DNA of 64,000 nt from Mycobacterium phage prophiT37-1: sequence record OQ417969.1; one strand, written 5' to 3'. Positions within the stretch are counted from its first letter, which is position 1. Every line of letters starts with the position of its first letter. Below the pieces are notes generated by a model. It was not told where the DNA came from, made no database searches, and saw only the letters and a list, made by a program, of their open reading frames with translations. This document shows positions 27,019 to 37,158 of the stretch, one piece after another. A program made the position numbers and the translations under genes.

Positions 27019-28530
27019 ATGGCCATGACCCCCGAGGACCTGGTCGTCCGAGTGTTTGCTGTAACCGACTTGAGGACTTTCGCCGGCAATCCGCGCCGGG
27101 GCCAGGTCGACGCCATCGTCCAGTCGCTGTCCCGTCATGGCCAGTACCGGCCGATTGTCGTCAATGCGGGCACTAAGACAGGTCGCCCGATGGAGGTGCT
27201 GGCGGGCAACCACACCCTCCTGGCGGCCCGCAAGCTGGGCTGGGACACCATCAGTGCCACGTTGCTGGACGTGTCCGAGCAGCAGGCCAAGGCCATCGTC
27301 GCGGCCGACAACCGTTTGTCCGACCTGGGCGACTACGACACCGCCGAACTGCTGGCGCTCCTGGAGGGCTTGGACGAGCTGGACGGTACCGGTTACACGG
27401 CGGCCGACCTGGAGGAGCTGGCGTCCGAGCTGACCGTGCCGGACGGAGACGGTGCGGTGTCCGATGCCAAGAGCACGCTGGCCTCCCGGTTCGGGGTTCC
27501 ACCGTTCACGGTGCTCGATGCCAAGCAGGGCGCCTGGAAGCAACGGGTTAAGGCGTGGAAGGCGCTCGGAATCGCCTCGGCGTCCGGCCGCTCGGTCGAT
27601 ACAGAAGGTGGGTCGGATGCCCGTGCCGCAACGGGCATCATGGCGTTCAAGGCGCCTCAGTCGATCTACGCCAACTGGTACGAGATCAAGAACGCCGCTG
27701 AGAAGAAGATCGGCCGGACGTTGACCACCGCCGAGATCATGGAGCGCTACGGCGACGAGCTGAAGTTCTACGCCGAGGGCGGCGCCATCTCGGTATTCGA
27801 CCCGGTGCTCGCCGAGCTGCTGGTGTCGTGGTTCTCACCGGTGGAGGCCGACGTCATCGACCCATGGTCCGGCGGCTCGGTCCGGGGTGTCGTATCGGCC
27901 GCCCTCGGCCGCAGGTACACCGGCATCGACCTGTCCGGTGACCAGCTGGCGGTGAACGGGGAACAGTGGGCGGTGGTGGAACCGCGACTCCCGCAGATGG
28001 CCACGACCGTCACGGCACCGCAGTGGATTCAGGGCGACTCTCGCGACGTTCTCAAGACCCTGGATGACGAGTCGTTCGACATGATGATCGGCTGCCCGCC
28101 CTACTACGACCTGGAGCAGTACTCCAAGGACCCGGCCGACCTGTCGGCCATGTCCACGGACGAGTTCGACGCCGCCTTCATCGAGACCATCGCCGAGGTG
28201 GCCCGGGTGCTGCGGCCCGACTCGTTCGCGGCACTCGTGGTCGGGTCAGCCCGCGACAAGCGCGGGGACCTACGCGATATGCGATCCCTGGTTTCCCGCG
28301 CGGCCGAGGCCACCGGAATGAAGCTCGCCAACGACGCCGTACTCCTGACCGCCATCGGGTCCAACGCCGCCCGCGCGGCGCGCCCCTTCTCCAAAGGTCG
28401 CGCACTGGGCCGGGTGCACCAGGACATCTTGGTGTTGGTGAAGGGCGACCGGATACGGGCTGCACGCCGTTGCGGGGAGGAAGTCACCTTGATCGCGGAA
28501 CCCGAGCTGGACGAGGACGGTGAGGATTGA
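27019..28530 (+). CDS. ParB-like nuclease domain / DNA methyltransferase fusion protein
   Basis: N-terminal ParB/Srx-like motifs (QYRPIVVN, VLAGNHTLLAARKLGW). C-terminal methyltransferase motifs (DPWSGGS for SAM binding, CPPYY motif IV-like). Confidence 0.65.
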   Translation: MAMTPEDLVVRVFAVTDLRTFAGNPRRGQVDAIVQSLSRHGQYRPIVVNAGTKTGRPMEVLAGNHTLLAARKLGWDTISATLLDVSEQQAKAIVAADNRLSDLGDYDTAELLALLEGLDELDGTGYTAADLEELASELTVPDGDGAVSDAKSTLASRFGVPPFTVLDAKQGAWKQRVKAWKALGIASASGRSVDTEGGSDARAATGIMAFKAPQSIYANWYEIKNAAEKKIGRTLTTAEIMERYGDELKFYAEGGAISVFDPVLAELLVSWFSPVEADVIDPWSGGSVRGVVSAALGRRYTGIDLSGDQLAVNGEQWAVVEPRLPQMATTVTAPQWIQGDSRDVLKTLDDESFDMMIGCPPYYDLEQYSKDPADLSAMSTDEFDAAFIETIAEVARVLRPDSFAALVVGSARDKRGDLRDMRSLVSRAAEATGMKLANDAVLLTAIGSNAARAARPFSKGRALGRVHQDILVLVKGDRIRAARRCGEEVTLIAEPELDEDGED

Positions 28531-28979
28531 TGCGCGCTGCCGAGCGCCTGGAGCGGGATATGAAGGCGGTGCGGCTGTTCATCGCGGGGAAGTCATTCCG
28601 CGCCATCCAGGAGGCGTGCGGCTACAACACCCTGGCCGCCTGCCACAAGGCGGTACGCCGCGAGATGGCGAAGTCAGAGCGGCGCGACCTGCTCCGCGAC
28701 AAGGCTTTCGACGTCTACCTGGAGCGGCTGGAGGCGTTGTGGGCCGCCCACTACCCGCGGGCTGTCGCCGGGGACACCCGAGCTGCTGAACACTGCCGCC
28801 GCGTCGCTCAACAGGAGGCCCGGCTATTCGGGCTTGAGCCCGCCGCCGGAAGCCGGGTTGGCGGAGACCCGCCGGACCCCGACGGCACCGAAGACGACGA
28901 GAGCACCGAGGGCAGTGGCGATGCCACCGGTGACAACGTGAGTGACCTCGACGAGTGGCGTTCTCGACAGAACGCTTAG
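28527..28979 (+). CDS. terminase small subunit
   Basis: 150-aa HTH-containing protein immediately upstream of and overlapping the terminase large subunit. Acidic C-terminus. Confidence 0.55.
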   Translation: MMRAAERLERDMKAVRLFIAGKSFRAIQEACGYNTLAACHKAVRREMAKSERRDLLRDKAFDVYLERLEALWAAHYPRAVAGDTRAAEHCRRVAQQEARLFGLEPAAGSRVGGDPPDPDGTEDDESTEGSGDATGDNVSDLDEWRSRQNA

Positions 28980-30552
28980 GGGACACACGGTCCCCAGGCT
29001 GTTCACGCCACCCCTAGCTGATCACTGCGACCCCGACCTACCCGAGACCTGCGAATGCGGGTGTGGCCTAAACCCCGCTACCTCGTGGGGCTTTGGCTGC
29101 ATCGACTTTCTCGAGAACGTCGTCAACTGGGAGCTTCTGCCGTACCAGAAGTGGCTTTACATCCACGCCCTGGAGAAGGGCGCCAACGGAACCGGATTCA
29201 GGTTCCGCACCGTCTGCATTTTGATCGCCCGCCAGAACGGCAAAACCCAGTGGCTGCGCGGCCTCGGCCTCTGGCGCCTGTACCTCAACAAGACCGGCCG
29301 CCCGATGGTCGGGAAGCCACCGGCGGCGAAAACGGTCCTGATCGCCGCGCAGGGCCTGGAGTACGCCGAGGCGACGCTGGGCGAAGTCGTCATCAACGTC
29401 GACGAATGCCCAGCCCTCAAGCGGGAATTCGTCAAGCACGTACAGACGAACGGCAAGCACCGCATGCTGCTGACTGGCCGCCGGTCATGGCGCGCGGTCG
29501 CCGCAAACCGCAAGGGCGGCCGTTCCTTCTCCGTCGATCTGGCGCAGCTGGACGAGCTGCGCGAGCACCACGACTGGCTGGCCTGGGATGCCATCGTCCC
29601 GACCACTACGGCCCGGCCGAACAGCCAAGTTGTCTGCGCATCCAACGCCGGTGACAAGCGGTCCATGGTGCTTCGTTCTGTCCGGCAGGGCTGCCTAGAA
29701 GACATCTACCGGCGGGACACCGACGGCACCAGCACCGGCCTATTCGAGTGGTCGGCACCGGACGACGCCGAGCCGAGCAACCGGTCGGTGTGGCCCATGG
29801 CCAACCCCGCCCTCGGCTGGCTGCCGGGCCACGACGAGGAGTCACTGGCCGCCAAGTACGAGGCGAAGCGCGGCGACATCGCCGGATTCAAGACCGAGCA
29901 CCTATGCCAATGGGTCGACACCTTGTTGCCCGGAATCATCGAGCCCGAGCACTGGGCGGAAACGATGGACCCGGACTCACGCAGGGCTGAGGGGGCGCCT
30001 GTGTGGGCTGCCGTAGACGTCAACTTCCAACGCTCCCGCGCATATATCGCCATCGCGGCGCGCCGCGCGGACGGCCTTCTACACGTCGAAGTCGTGAAGG
30101 CCGGACGCGGAACCGACTGGATCATCCCGTGGTTCACCGACTCCACACGCGCCGGAAAGTTCGTCGCAGTGGCTGTACAGGTCCGCGGTGCGCCAGCCTC
30201 CGGGCTGATCGAGGGCATGGAAAAGGCCGAAATCCCAGTGCTGGAGTGGGGCGGCCCGGACCTCGCGAAGGCGTGCGGCGACTTCTACGACGGCCTCGTG
30301 CAACGCGGCATCAAGCACCGGCCCCAGGCAGCACTAGACACCGCCGCCGCATCCGCCGCAGCGAAATCACTAGGCGACGCATGGGTATTCGACCGCAAGG
30401 GAAGCCCGGTCGACGCCTCTCCGCTGGTTGCCTGCGCCGCGGCGGCGTGGGCCGAATCCAAGGGGATACCAGAGCCAGAACCGGTACCCGTAATCCATGA
30501 ATGGCCCGACGACGAGGAGATCGCGCGATGGGAACGAGGGGAGTTTGAGTGA
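28942..30552 (+). CDS. terminase large subunit
   Basis: 536 aa. ATPase plus nuclease architecture, placed directly before the portal gene. Confidence 0.8.
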   Translation: MTSTSGVLDRTLRGHTVPRLFTPPLADHCDPDLPETCECGCGLNPATSWGFGCIDFLENVVNWELLPYQKWLYIHALEKGANGTGFRFRTVCILIARQNGKTQWLRGLGLWRLYLNKTGRPMVGKPPAAKTVLIAAQGLEYAEATLGEVVINVDECPALKREFVKHVQTNGKHRMLLTGRRSWRAVAANRKGGRSFSVDLAQLDELREHHDWLAWDAIVPTTTARPNSQVVCASNAGDKRSMVLRSVRQGCLEDIYRRDTDGTSTGLFEWSAPDDAEPSNRSVWPMANPALGWLPGHDEESLAAKYEAKRGDIAGFKTEHLCQWVDTLLPGIIEPEHWAETMDPDSRRAEGAPVWAAVDVNFQRSRAYIAIAARRADGLLHVEVVKAGRGTDWIIPWFTDSTRAGKFVAVAVQVRGAPASGLIEGMEKAEIPVLEWGGPDLAKACGDFYDGLVQRGIKHRPQAALDTAAASAAAKSLGDAWVFDRKGSPVDASPLVACAAAAWAESKGIPEPEPVPVIHEWPDDEEIARWERGEFE

Positions 30553-30722
30553 TCAGGTTTGCCGTAGCAACGCTCGTTGAGCTGCTAGGAATCTTCGCGA
30601 TTGTCGCTGGCGTGTGGGTAATTTACCCCCCAGCAGGGTTAATTGTCACCGGAATAGGTTGTGTAGCAATAGGTTTAGCGATAGACCCGCCTCCTAGCCG
30701 TGAGCGGCGGACTGAGCAGTGA
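30549..30722 (+). CDS. small two-helix membrane protein (57 aa)
   Basis: Below the ORF-track threshold. GTGA overlap with the terminase stop. Hydrophobic VIRFAVATLVELLGIFAIVAGVWVIYPPAGLIVTGIGCVAIGLAI. Ends at the portal start. Confidence 0.3.
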   Translation: MIRFAVATLVELLGIFAIVAGVWVIYPPAGLIVTGIGCVAIGLAIDPPPSRERRTEQ

Positions 30723-32026
30723 GCTTCCTGTCCCGCATCTTCACCGGCGCGCCCGCGGTGGAGGAGCGGGCCATCACCAGCTCGTCGTTTGTGCCCACCC
30801 CGGCCGAGGACGCCGCGATGAACGGCATGTACGGGTACGGGTCCATGACGCCGACGGGCACCCGCGAGATGCAGGTCGCCGCCTTCTCCGCCTGCGTAAC
30901 GCTTCTCGCCGACACCATCGCCGCACTGCCGCTTGTCGCGTACCGGCGTCAGGGCAAGACCAAGGTGGCCCTCGATCCCCAGCCCGTCATCGTCCAACAG
31001 CCTTACGTCGAAAACACGATCTTCGACTGGGTCTGGATGCTGGTTGAAGCGCTGGCTGTAACTGGAAACGGCTACGGCTACATAACATCTCGCGGACCAG
31101 ACGACCGGCCACGTGGCATCATGCCCGTCCATCCCGACTGCATCACAGTGGAGATGCCCGACAAGGACCGGTGGCCCAACCCCAACTATTACGTTGAGGG
31201 CAGCAAGGTCGACCGCTCCGACATCCTCCACATTAAGCGTTACCCCATCGCCGGAGCGGCACTCGGACTGTCCCCTGTACAACGCGCAGCAGCAGCCGTG
31301 GGCATCGCCCTTGCCGCAGAACGATACGGCCTCAACTACTTCCGCGACTCAGCCAACCCCAGCTCCGTCCTTGAAACAGACCTCGTCCTAGACGCCACCG
31401 CAACCAAGAATCTGCAACAGCAATGGATCGCCAGCCATGGCGGCCGTCGCCGCCCCGCGATCCTGTCTGGCGGGGTGAAGTGGCGTCCAATCGCCATATC
31501 GCCCAACGAGTCCCAGTTCCTGGAGACGCGCAAGTACCAGCGCGGTGAGATCGCCATGCTGTTCCGTATCCCGCCCCACATGATCGGCGACACCGAGAAG
31601 ACGACCTCATGGGGTACTGGCATCGAGCAGCAGTCCACCGGCTTCGTCCGGTACACCCTGCGCCCCTGGCTCATCTGCATTGAGCAGCAACTGTCCGCAC
31701 TGCTTCCGCGCGGCGTTTTCGTGAAGTTCGACGTCAACGACCTGCTCCGCGGCGACATCAAGTCCCTATGGACGTCCTACAAGGCCGGTCGCGACGCCGG
31801 TGTCTACAGCGTCAACGACATCCGCGAACGCGAGGACATGGAACCGGTTGAGGGCGGCGACATCCGGCTGCAACCTACCAACATGGCGCCCCTGGGCTGG
31901 ACGCCCCCGGACCCACCCGGGACGTCCGAGGCAGAGCCAGAACCCGAGGACGACGAGACCCCCGAAGAAGAACCGGCCGACGAGGACGACGAGGACGAAG
32001 AAGGCACGGGACAGGAGGACCAATGA
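30719..32026 (+). CDS. portal protein
   Basis: 435 aa, HK97-type portal features. Located between terminase and protease. Confidence 0.8.
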   Translation: MSFLSRIFTGAPAVEERAITSSSFVPTPAEDAAMNGMYGYGSMTPTGTREMQVAAFSACVTLLADTIAALPLVAYRRQGKTKVALDPQPVIVQQPYVENTIFDWVWMLVEALAVTGNGYGYITSRGPDDRPRGIMPVHPDCITVEMPDKDRWPNPNYYVEGSKVDRSDILHIKRYPIAGAALGLSPVQRAAAAVGIALAAERYGLNYFRDSANPSSVLETDLVLDATATKNLQQQWIASHGGRRRPAILSGGVKWRPIAISPNESQFLETRKYQRGEIAMLFRIPPHMIGDTEKTTSWGTGIEQQSTGFVRYTLRPWLICIEQQLSALLPRGVFVKFDVNDLLRGDIKSLWTSYKAGRDAGVYSVNDIREREDMEPVEGGDIRLQPTNMAPLGWTPPDPPGTSEAEPEPEDDETPEEEPADEDDEDEEGTGQEDQ

Positions 32027-32907
32027 CCACCAACACCATTCGCGCCGACCGCGACAACCGCAAGGACGTCTGGGAGCACCGCCGGACATCCTCGTTCGAA
32101 GTCCGCGAGGACAGCGACACCATCACCCTCACCGGGTACGCGTCGACGTTCGAGCCCTACGAGATGTACGGCGGCCCCGACGCTGGCGGCTGGATCGAGC
32201 AGCTGGACAGGGCCGCTTTCACTAACACCCTCCGTGAGAAGCCGGACCTCCACCTGCTGATCAACCACGAGGGCATGCCGCTTGCGCGCACCAAGTCCGA
32301 CACCCTCCAGCTGAGCGTCGACCGGCACGGCCTCAAGGTCACAGCCCAGCTCGACCGGTCCGACCCCGACGTACAACGGCTGGAGCCGAAGATGCGCCGC
32401 AAGGACATGGACGAGATGTCCTTCGCGTTCCGCGTGAAGGGCCAGAAGTGGGAGTGCACCGAGGAATTCCCGGAGGACAACTACGCCCTCCGCACCATCA
32501 CTGAGGTCTCGCTGCACAAGGGAGATGTGTCCGTGGTCAACTTCGGCGCCAACCCCACCACCAGCGCCGAACTCAAGTCAGTCGACCAGGCCCTCGCGTT
32601 CCTGGCCGACTGCGACCCCGGCGCGCTCGCTGAAATCCGATCCGACGGGGAACTTCTCCGCCGAGCACGCGCTGTCCTGAACTCCCTCGGCAGCATCGAC
32701 AAGGTTGCCGCGGTACAGGCGGCCCATACCACCGCCCGCGCCGCCGCAGACGCTGCGTCTGCCGCAGCCCAGGTTCTGCAATCTCGGTCCGAGGATGACG
32801 CCCCCAAGGGCATGTCGCTACGAGAAGCCATGGCCCGCCAGGGCTTTGCGTCTGAGGATGGCTCCGTGTTGTCCCTCAGTGACGCGCTTGCAGTCGTCGA
32901 CCAGTAA
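32023..32907 (+). CDS. capsid maturation (prohead) protease, HK97 family
   Basis: Position between portal and capsid. Sequence character of S78/U35 proteases. Confidence 0.7.
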   Translation: MTTNTIRADRDNRKDVWEHRRTSSFEVREDSDTITLTGYASTFEPYEMYGGPDAGGWIEQLDRAAFTNTLREKPDLHLLINHEGMPLARTKSDTLQLSVDRHGLKVTAQLDRSDPDVQRLEPKMRRKDMDEMSFAFRVKGQKWECTEEFPEDNYALRTITEVSLHKGDVSVVNFGANPTTSAELKSVDQALAFLADCDPGALAEIRSDGELLRRARAVLNSLGSIDKVAAVQAAHTTARAAADAASAAAQVLQSRSEDDAPKGMSLREAMARQGFASEDGSVLSLSDALAVVDQ

Positions 32908-33100
32908 CACCCGGCGCCGGTAGGCGCCCCACTAATTCCACCCGACGCACCAACCACAAGGCCCCCGACACCCCGGGGGCCTTTTTCGTGCGCCGGGTCG
33001 AACGGCCTGCCCCCGCTAGGGGCCGCCGGTGCCCCGCTCGGGCCGCCCCCATTGCAAATCCAAACGCCCCCAGGGGCATCCACGAAAGGAACGAACCTCC

Positions 33101-34480
33101 ATGGAGGAGCGTCTCAAGCGGCTCATGGAGCTGCGCGCCAAGGCCGAGTCCGAGCTGGAAACCCTGCTCGCGAAGCGCACGGCCATCACCGACATCGTCA
33201 AGGAAGAGGCCCGCCAGGACCTCACCCCTGAGGAAGACGTCGAATTCCGCGCCAAGTCCGCCGAGATCAAGGCCAAGCAGGGCGAGATCGCGGGCTACAA
33301 CGAGCGCATCCAGGAGCTGTCCGACGAAATCGAGCGGTCCGGGAAGCTGAGCGACGAGGCCGCCAAGGTCCGTCGCGCACAGGCCCGGGTCGAGTCGGTC
33401 AAGGAGGCAGCTGCCTACGCCAAGGGCAACGGCCGGTCCTACCTCCAGGACCTCATGCGGGTCCAGCGGAACATGGACGACAACGGCCAGAGCCTGGAAC
33501 GGCTCCAGCGTCACGCCCAGGACGTCGCCAACGACGCCGAGTACCGGGACCTGGACCGCACCGACGGCAACGGCGGCTACTTCGTGCCCCCGGCCTGGCT
33601 GGTCAACCAGTACGTGCCCCTGGCGCGCGCTGGCCGCGCCTACGCCAACCTGGTCACCTCGCAGCCGCTGCCATCCGGCACCGACAGCATCAACATCCCC
33701 AAGGTCACCGCGGGGACCGCGACTGCTGTACAGACGGCCGATAACGCGGCCGTCGCCGAGCAGGACCTCGACGACAACTTCATCGAGGCCAAGGTGCGGA
33801 CCGTCGCCGGTCAGCAGGACGTCGCCATCCAGCTCCTGGATCAATCGCCCGTCAACTTCGACGAGGTCGTCTTCCAGGATCTGATCGCCGACTTCGGCAC
33901 CAAGCTGGACCTCCAGGTCCTCGCAGGTTCCGGGGCCAGCGGCCAGGTGCTGGGTGTCCACGGCACCCCGGGCATCGGCACCATCGCCATCACCGCGCTG
34001 ACGGTGGCCTCGTTCTACGCGGCCATCGCCGACGCGATCCAGCGAGTACACACCAGCCGGTTCCTGCCCCCGACGCACATCGTGATGCACCCCCGCCGTT
34101 GGGGCTGGCTCACCGCGTCGCTGGACGGCGACCAGCGTCCGCTCGTGCTGCCTGCGGCCAACGCGCCGCAGAACGCCCTCGCCACCCTGGACGCCGTCGC
34201 GTCCCAGCAGGTGGTCGGCCAGCTCCAGGGCCTGCCGGTGGTGACCGACCCCAACATCGGCACCGCGTACGGCACCGGCACCAACGAGGACGTTGTGTAC
34301 GTGCAGCGTTCCGCTGACCTGCTGCTATTCGAGTCGGGTATCCGTACCCGCACCCTGCCGGAGCCGGGCGCGAAGAACCTGACGGTGTGCCTCCAGGTGT
34401 ACGGCTACCTGGCCTTCACCGCCGGGCGCTACCCGCAGTCCGTGGTCGAGATCGGCGGACTGACCCCGCCCGCTTTCTGA
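33101..34480 (+). CDS. major capsid protein (HK97 fold) with N-terminal coiled-coil delta/scaffold-like domain
   Basis: ATG at 33101 with aaagga RBS. Coiled-coil N-terminus, then an HK97-like body. Confidence 0.8.
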   Translation: MEERLKRLMELRAKAESELETLLAKRTAITDIVKEEARQDLTPEEDVEFRAKSAEIKAKQGEIAGYNERIQELSDEIERSGKLSDEAAKVRRAQARVESVKEAAAYAKGNGRSYLQDLMRVQRNMDDNGQSLERLQRHAQDVANDAEYRDLDRTDGNGGYFVPPAWLVNQYVPLARAGRAYANLVTSQPLPSGTDSINIPKVTAGTATAVQTADNAAVAEQDLDDNFIEAKVRTVAGQQDVAIQLLDQSPVNFDEVVFQDLIADFGTKLDLQVLAGSGASGQVLGVHGTPGIGTIAITALTVASFYAAIADAIQRVHTSRFLPPTHIVMHPRRWGWLTASLDGDQRPLVLPAANAPQNALATLDAVASQQVVGQLQGLPVVTDPNIGTAYGTGTNEDVVYVQRSADLLLFESGIRTRTLPEPGAKNLTVCLQVYGYLAFTAGRYPQSVVEIGGLTPPAF

Positions 34481-34570
34481 CCCACCGCTAGGCCACCCAC
34501 CGTCCCGTAACCCGGGGCGGTGGGTGCGCCCAGCACCCCGGCACGACAACAACAGAGGAGCTGAAATCCC

Positions 34571-34912
34571 ATGGCAGTACAGAAGCGCGACGCCGTCGCG
34601 GACACCGTCGCGGCACTGGAGACCAAGCGCGAGCTGCTGGCGTCCCTCGGCGAAGACACCTCCGCCATCGACGCGAAGCTCGCCGAGTGGCGCGCAGACA
34701 TTGACCCGGTCGAGCCCGCCCCGCCGGTCGAGAACAAGGTCGCCCCCGCGGCGCCGGAGAAGGCAACCCCGCCCGCATCCGACAACGCAGCCGCCAAGCC
34801 CGGTAAGGCCGCGCCCGCCAAGGCAACCGCCACCAAGACGGAACCTGCACCGGCACAGGTGAAGACCGAGGAGACCAAGGCCGCTGATGGCGGACCTGGT
34901 AACGACAACTGA
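34571..34912 (+). CDS. Ala/Pro-rich head-associated protein
   Basis: ORF track. Low-complexity A/P/K-rich C-terminus. Confidence 0.4.
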   Translation: MAVQKRDAVADTVAALETKRELLASLGEDTSAIDAKLAEWRADIDPVEPAPPVENKVAPAAPEKATPPASDNAAAKPGKAAPAKATATKTEPAPAQVKTEETKAADGGPGNDN

Positions 34913-35441
34913 CCTCGGCAAGTTCGAGGCTGGTGACCGGCAGTGGTTCCTCGACACCGCTGAATCGGCGGTGCGGGACTACTGCGACTGGCACATCGCA
35001 CCGTCTCGCCGCGAGGTGGATCGGCGATGCGAAATAGGGGAGCGCGGCATCATCATGCTGCATTCCCTGCACGTCACCGACGTTGAGTCTGTGAAGGTCG
35101 ACGGCCAGGTACTCGAACCAGATGAATACGACTGGGACGAGGCGGGATTCATTACACGGACCCGCACTACCTGGCCGCGCGGCCGGTACTGGCCAGTCTT
35201 CGGGCTGCCCTCGCCGCGCTACGCCTACGTCACCTTCACTCACGGCTACCCGGAGGTACCGCTGGCGGTGAAAGCGGTAATCCTGGAGTTGGCGTCCAGC
35301 GGCATCGAGCTGCCGTCATCGGTAGCCACCGAGGCCACCGGCGGCCCGTTCCGCATCAAGTTCAAGGGCACCTCGGGTCTGTCGCTCAACGACGACCACA
35401 AGTCCCGGCTGGCCGACTACCGCATCCAGGCCATCGCGTGA
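34887..35441 (+). CDS. head-to-tail connector/adaptor protein
   Basis: Position and size. Part of a tandem overlapping gene series. Confidence 0.55.
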   Translation: MADLVTTTDLGKFEAGDRQWFLDTAESAVRDYCDWHIAPSRREVDRRCEIGERGIIMLHSLHVTDVESVKVDGQVLEPDEYDWDEAGFITRTRTTWPRGRYWPVFGLPSPRYAYVTFTHGYPEVPLAVKAVILELASSGIELPSSVATEATGGPFRIKFKGTSGLSLNDDHKSRLADYRIQAIA

Positions 35442-35815
35442 GCATCTTCCCCGAGCCCTACGACATCGCGCACTACCCGTACAGCGCGGCAGCGGGAAAG
35501 AACGCCCACGGCAACACCATTGGCGGCGTCGCAGAGGCACCGACGCCACGGCGGGCGATGGCCTTCTACCCCCGCGGTGAACGCGCAGCTGACAGGGTCG
35601 AGCCGGTAGCACCGGAGTACGTGGCCCGGCACATCGCCGAGCTGACAATGCTGGTGAAAGACCCAACGGTCTACAAAACCCAGGACCAGGTCGACATCCA
35701 CGGCGCCCGCTTCGATGTCGTCGGTATGGGAGCTGACGGTGACTGGCGCAACGGGCCGTGGCGGAAGTACTCGCAGATGTTCGGCGGGGAAATCTCGCTC
35801 AAGCGAGTCGGCTAG
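35438..35815 (+). CDS. head-tail joining protein
   Basis: GTGA overlap. Position. Confidence 0.45.
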   Translation: MSIFPEPYDIAHYPYSAAAGKNAHGNTIGGVAEAPTPRRAMAFYPRGERAADRVEPVAPEYVARHIAELTMLVKDPTVYKTQDQVDIHGARFDVVGMGADGDWRNGPWRKYSQMFGGEISLKRVG

Positions 35816-36063
35816 TGGCCGTACGCATCAAGTACAACATGGCAGGGTTCCGCAAGATCCGCCACGCCTACGGCGAGTACGTCGAGCAGATCGCCCGGCA
35901 GGCCGCCGAGGGACTGCCAGATGGCTACACCATTGTCGTGCAACGCGATCCGAACACGCAGCGTCCGCGTATCTTCATCGTCGCCGCTTCGTATGCAGCG
36001 CGCCGAGACGACGCAGCCAACTCGCGGCTCCTCAAGCTGATCGCTGGGTTACGGGGTCGCTGA
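35815..36063 (+). CDS. tail completion/neck protein
   Basis: GTG at 35815 overlaps the upstream TAG. Part of the 35758 ORF. Confidence 0.4.
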   Translation: MAVRIKYNMAGFRKIRHAYGEYVEQIARQAAEGLPDGYTIVVQRDPNTQRPRIFIVAASYAARRDDAANSRLLKLIAGLRGR

Positions 36064-36500
36064 TGCCCGCCCTGTATCCGGCGATGCTGCCAGCGGACAT
36101 GGTGGCGCTGGCAGTCGCGTACCTGACACCCCAACCCGCCCTGACGGTTCCAGTCGGCTCCAAACTGCCGCCCACCCGAACAGATGCCACCTTGCCTGAC
36201 GGGTTCCTGCGAGTCGAGTTCGGCGGTGGCTCCCGCGCCAACCTCCTCGAATGGGACCTCGACCTCATCCTGTTCGGCTATCACCCCGATGAGGTTGAAG
36301 CGTCCAACATCTCGCGGACCGCGACAGCGCTCATGGACGCCGCGACCGGTCTCACCATCGACACCTGGTACGTCGTCTGGGCACGCGCCACAAGCCTGAC
36401 GCACGAGTCGAAGGACCCGAACGTGGCGACACCTCGATACCGGTCGATGGTCACCTGGCGCGTCCAGGGCCAACCCATCGGCTCACCCATCACCCCATAA
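36063..36500 (+). CDS. tail terminator-like protein
   Basis: ATG at 36063 (TGATG overlap). Internal start of the 35715 ORF. Confidence 0.45.
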   Translation: MPALYPAMLPADMVALAVAYLTPQPALTVPVGSKLPPTRTDATLPDGFLRVEFGGGSRANLLEWDLDLILFGYHPDEVEASNISRTATALMDAATGLTIDTWYVVWARATSLTHESKDPNVATPRYRSMVTWRVQGQPIGSPITP

Positions 36501-36525
36501 CTCACCGCCCCCGCGCGGGAGATCA

Positions 36526-36556
36526 GGCCGTCCCGTCCGGGGCGGCCTTTCGCATA
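36526..36556 (+). terminator. GC-rich hairpin + T-rich tract upstream of the major tail gene
   Basis: Stem GGCCGTCCCG...CGGGGCGGCC followed by TTTCGCAT. Likely a partial terminator. Confidence 0.4.
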
Positions 36557-36576
36557 TCACGAGAGGAAAGCCCCGC

Positions 36577-37158
36577 ATGGCTCTCAACAATGTGCTGGAG
36601 CTGGCCGCCCCGTCCCCGCGGGTCACCGGCGGCGTCCTGCGTGCACCGGTCGGCACGACCCTGCCGACCACCGCTGTCGGCGCCCCCGCAGTGGCCTTCA
36701 ACAACCTCGGCCACGTTGGCAAGGACGGCCTGGAACGCACCGAAGATCGGTCGAACCAGGAGGAGTACAACTGGGGCGGCGACCTGGTCGCAGTGCTCCA
36801 GGAAAAGTACGGCCTGGAAATTAAGTTCAAGCTGCTCCAGGTCAACAACGTCGACGTGCAGAAGGCCGTGCACGGTGCATCCAACGTCACCGTCACCCCG
36901 GCCAGCACCACGTCCGGCACGGAGATCAAGGCCGAACTGAACGCCAAGCTCCTGGACACGGGCGCTTGGGTTTTCGACGGCTTCTACAACCTGATCTCCA
37001 TGCGCCTGGTCATCCCGATCGGTCGTATCACCGCCGTCGCGCCCATCAAGTGGACGCACTCCGAACTGGCGGCCTACGAGTGCACGCTCAAGCCGTTCCC
37101 CGACGCCGACGGTAACCACGGTTACCAGTACTGGAACGACGGCGTGGTGACGATTTGA
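36577..37158 (+). CDS. major tail protein
   Basis: 193 aa, abundant-structural-protein character, immediately before the G/G-T chaperone pair. Confidence 0.65.
   Translation: MALNNVLELAAPSPRVTGGVLRAPVGTTLPTTAVGAPAVAFNNLGHVGKDGLERTEDRSNQEEYNWGGDLVAVLQEKYGLEIKFKLLQVNNVDVQKAVHGASNVTVTPASTTSGTEIKAELNAKLLDTGAWVFDGFYNLISMRLVIPIGRITAVAPIKWTHSELAAYECTLKPFPDADGNHGYQYWNDGVVTI

Noticed and set aside
28942-28990. Alternative later start for the terminase large subunit to avoid the 38-nt overlap with the small subunit
   Set aside because: No in-frame ATG/GTG lies downstream within 100 codons; only a CTG does. The ATG at 28942 is kept.
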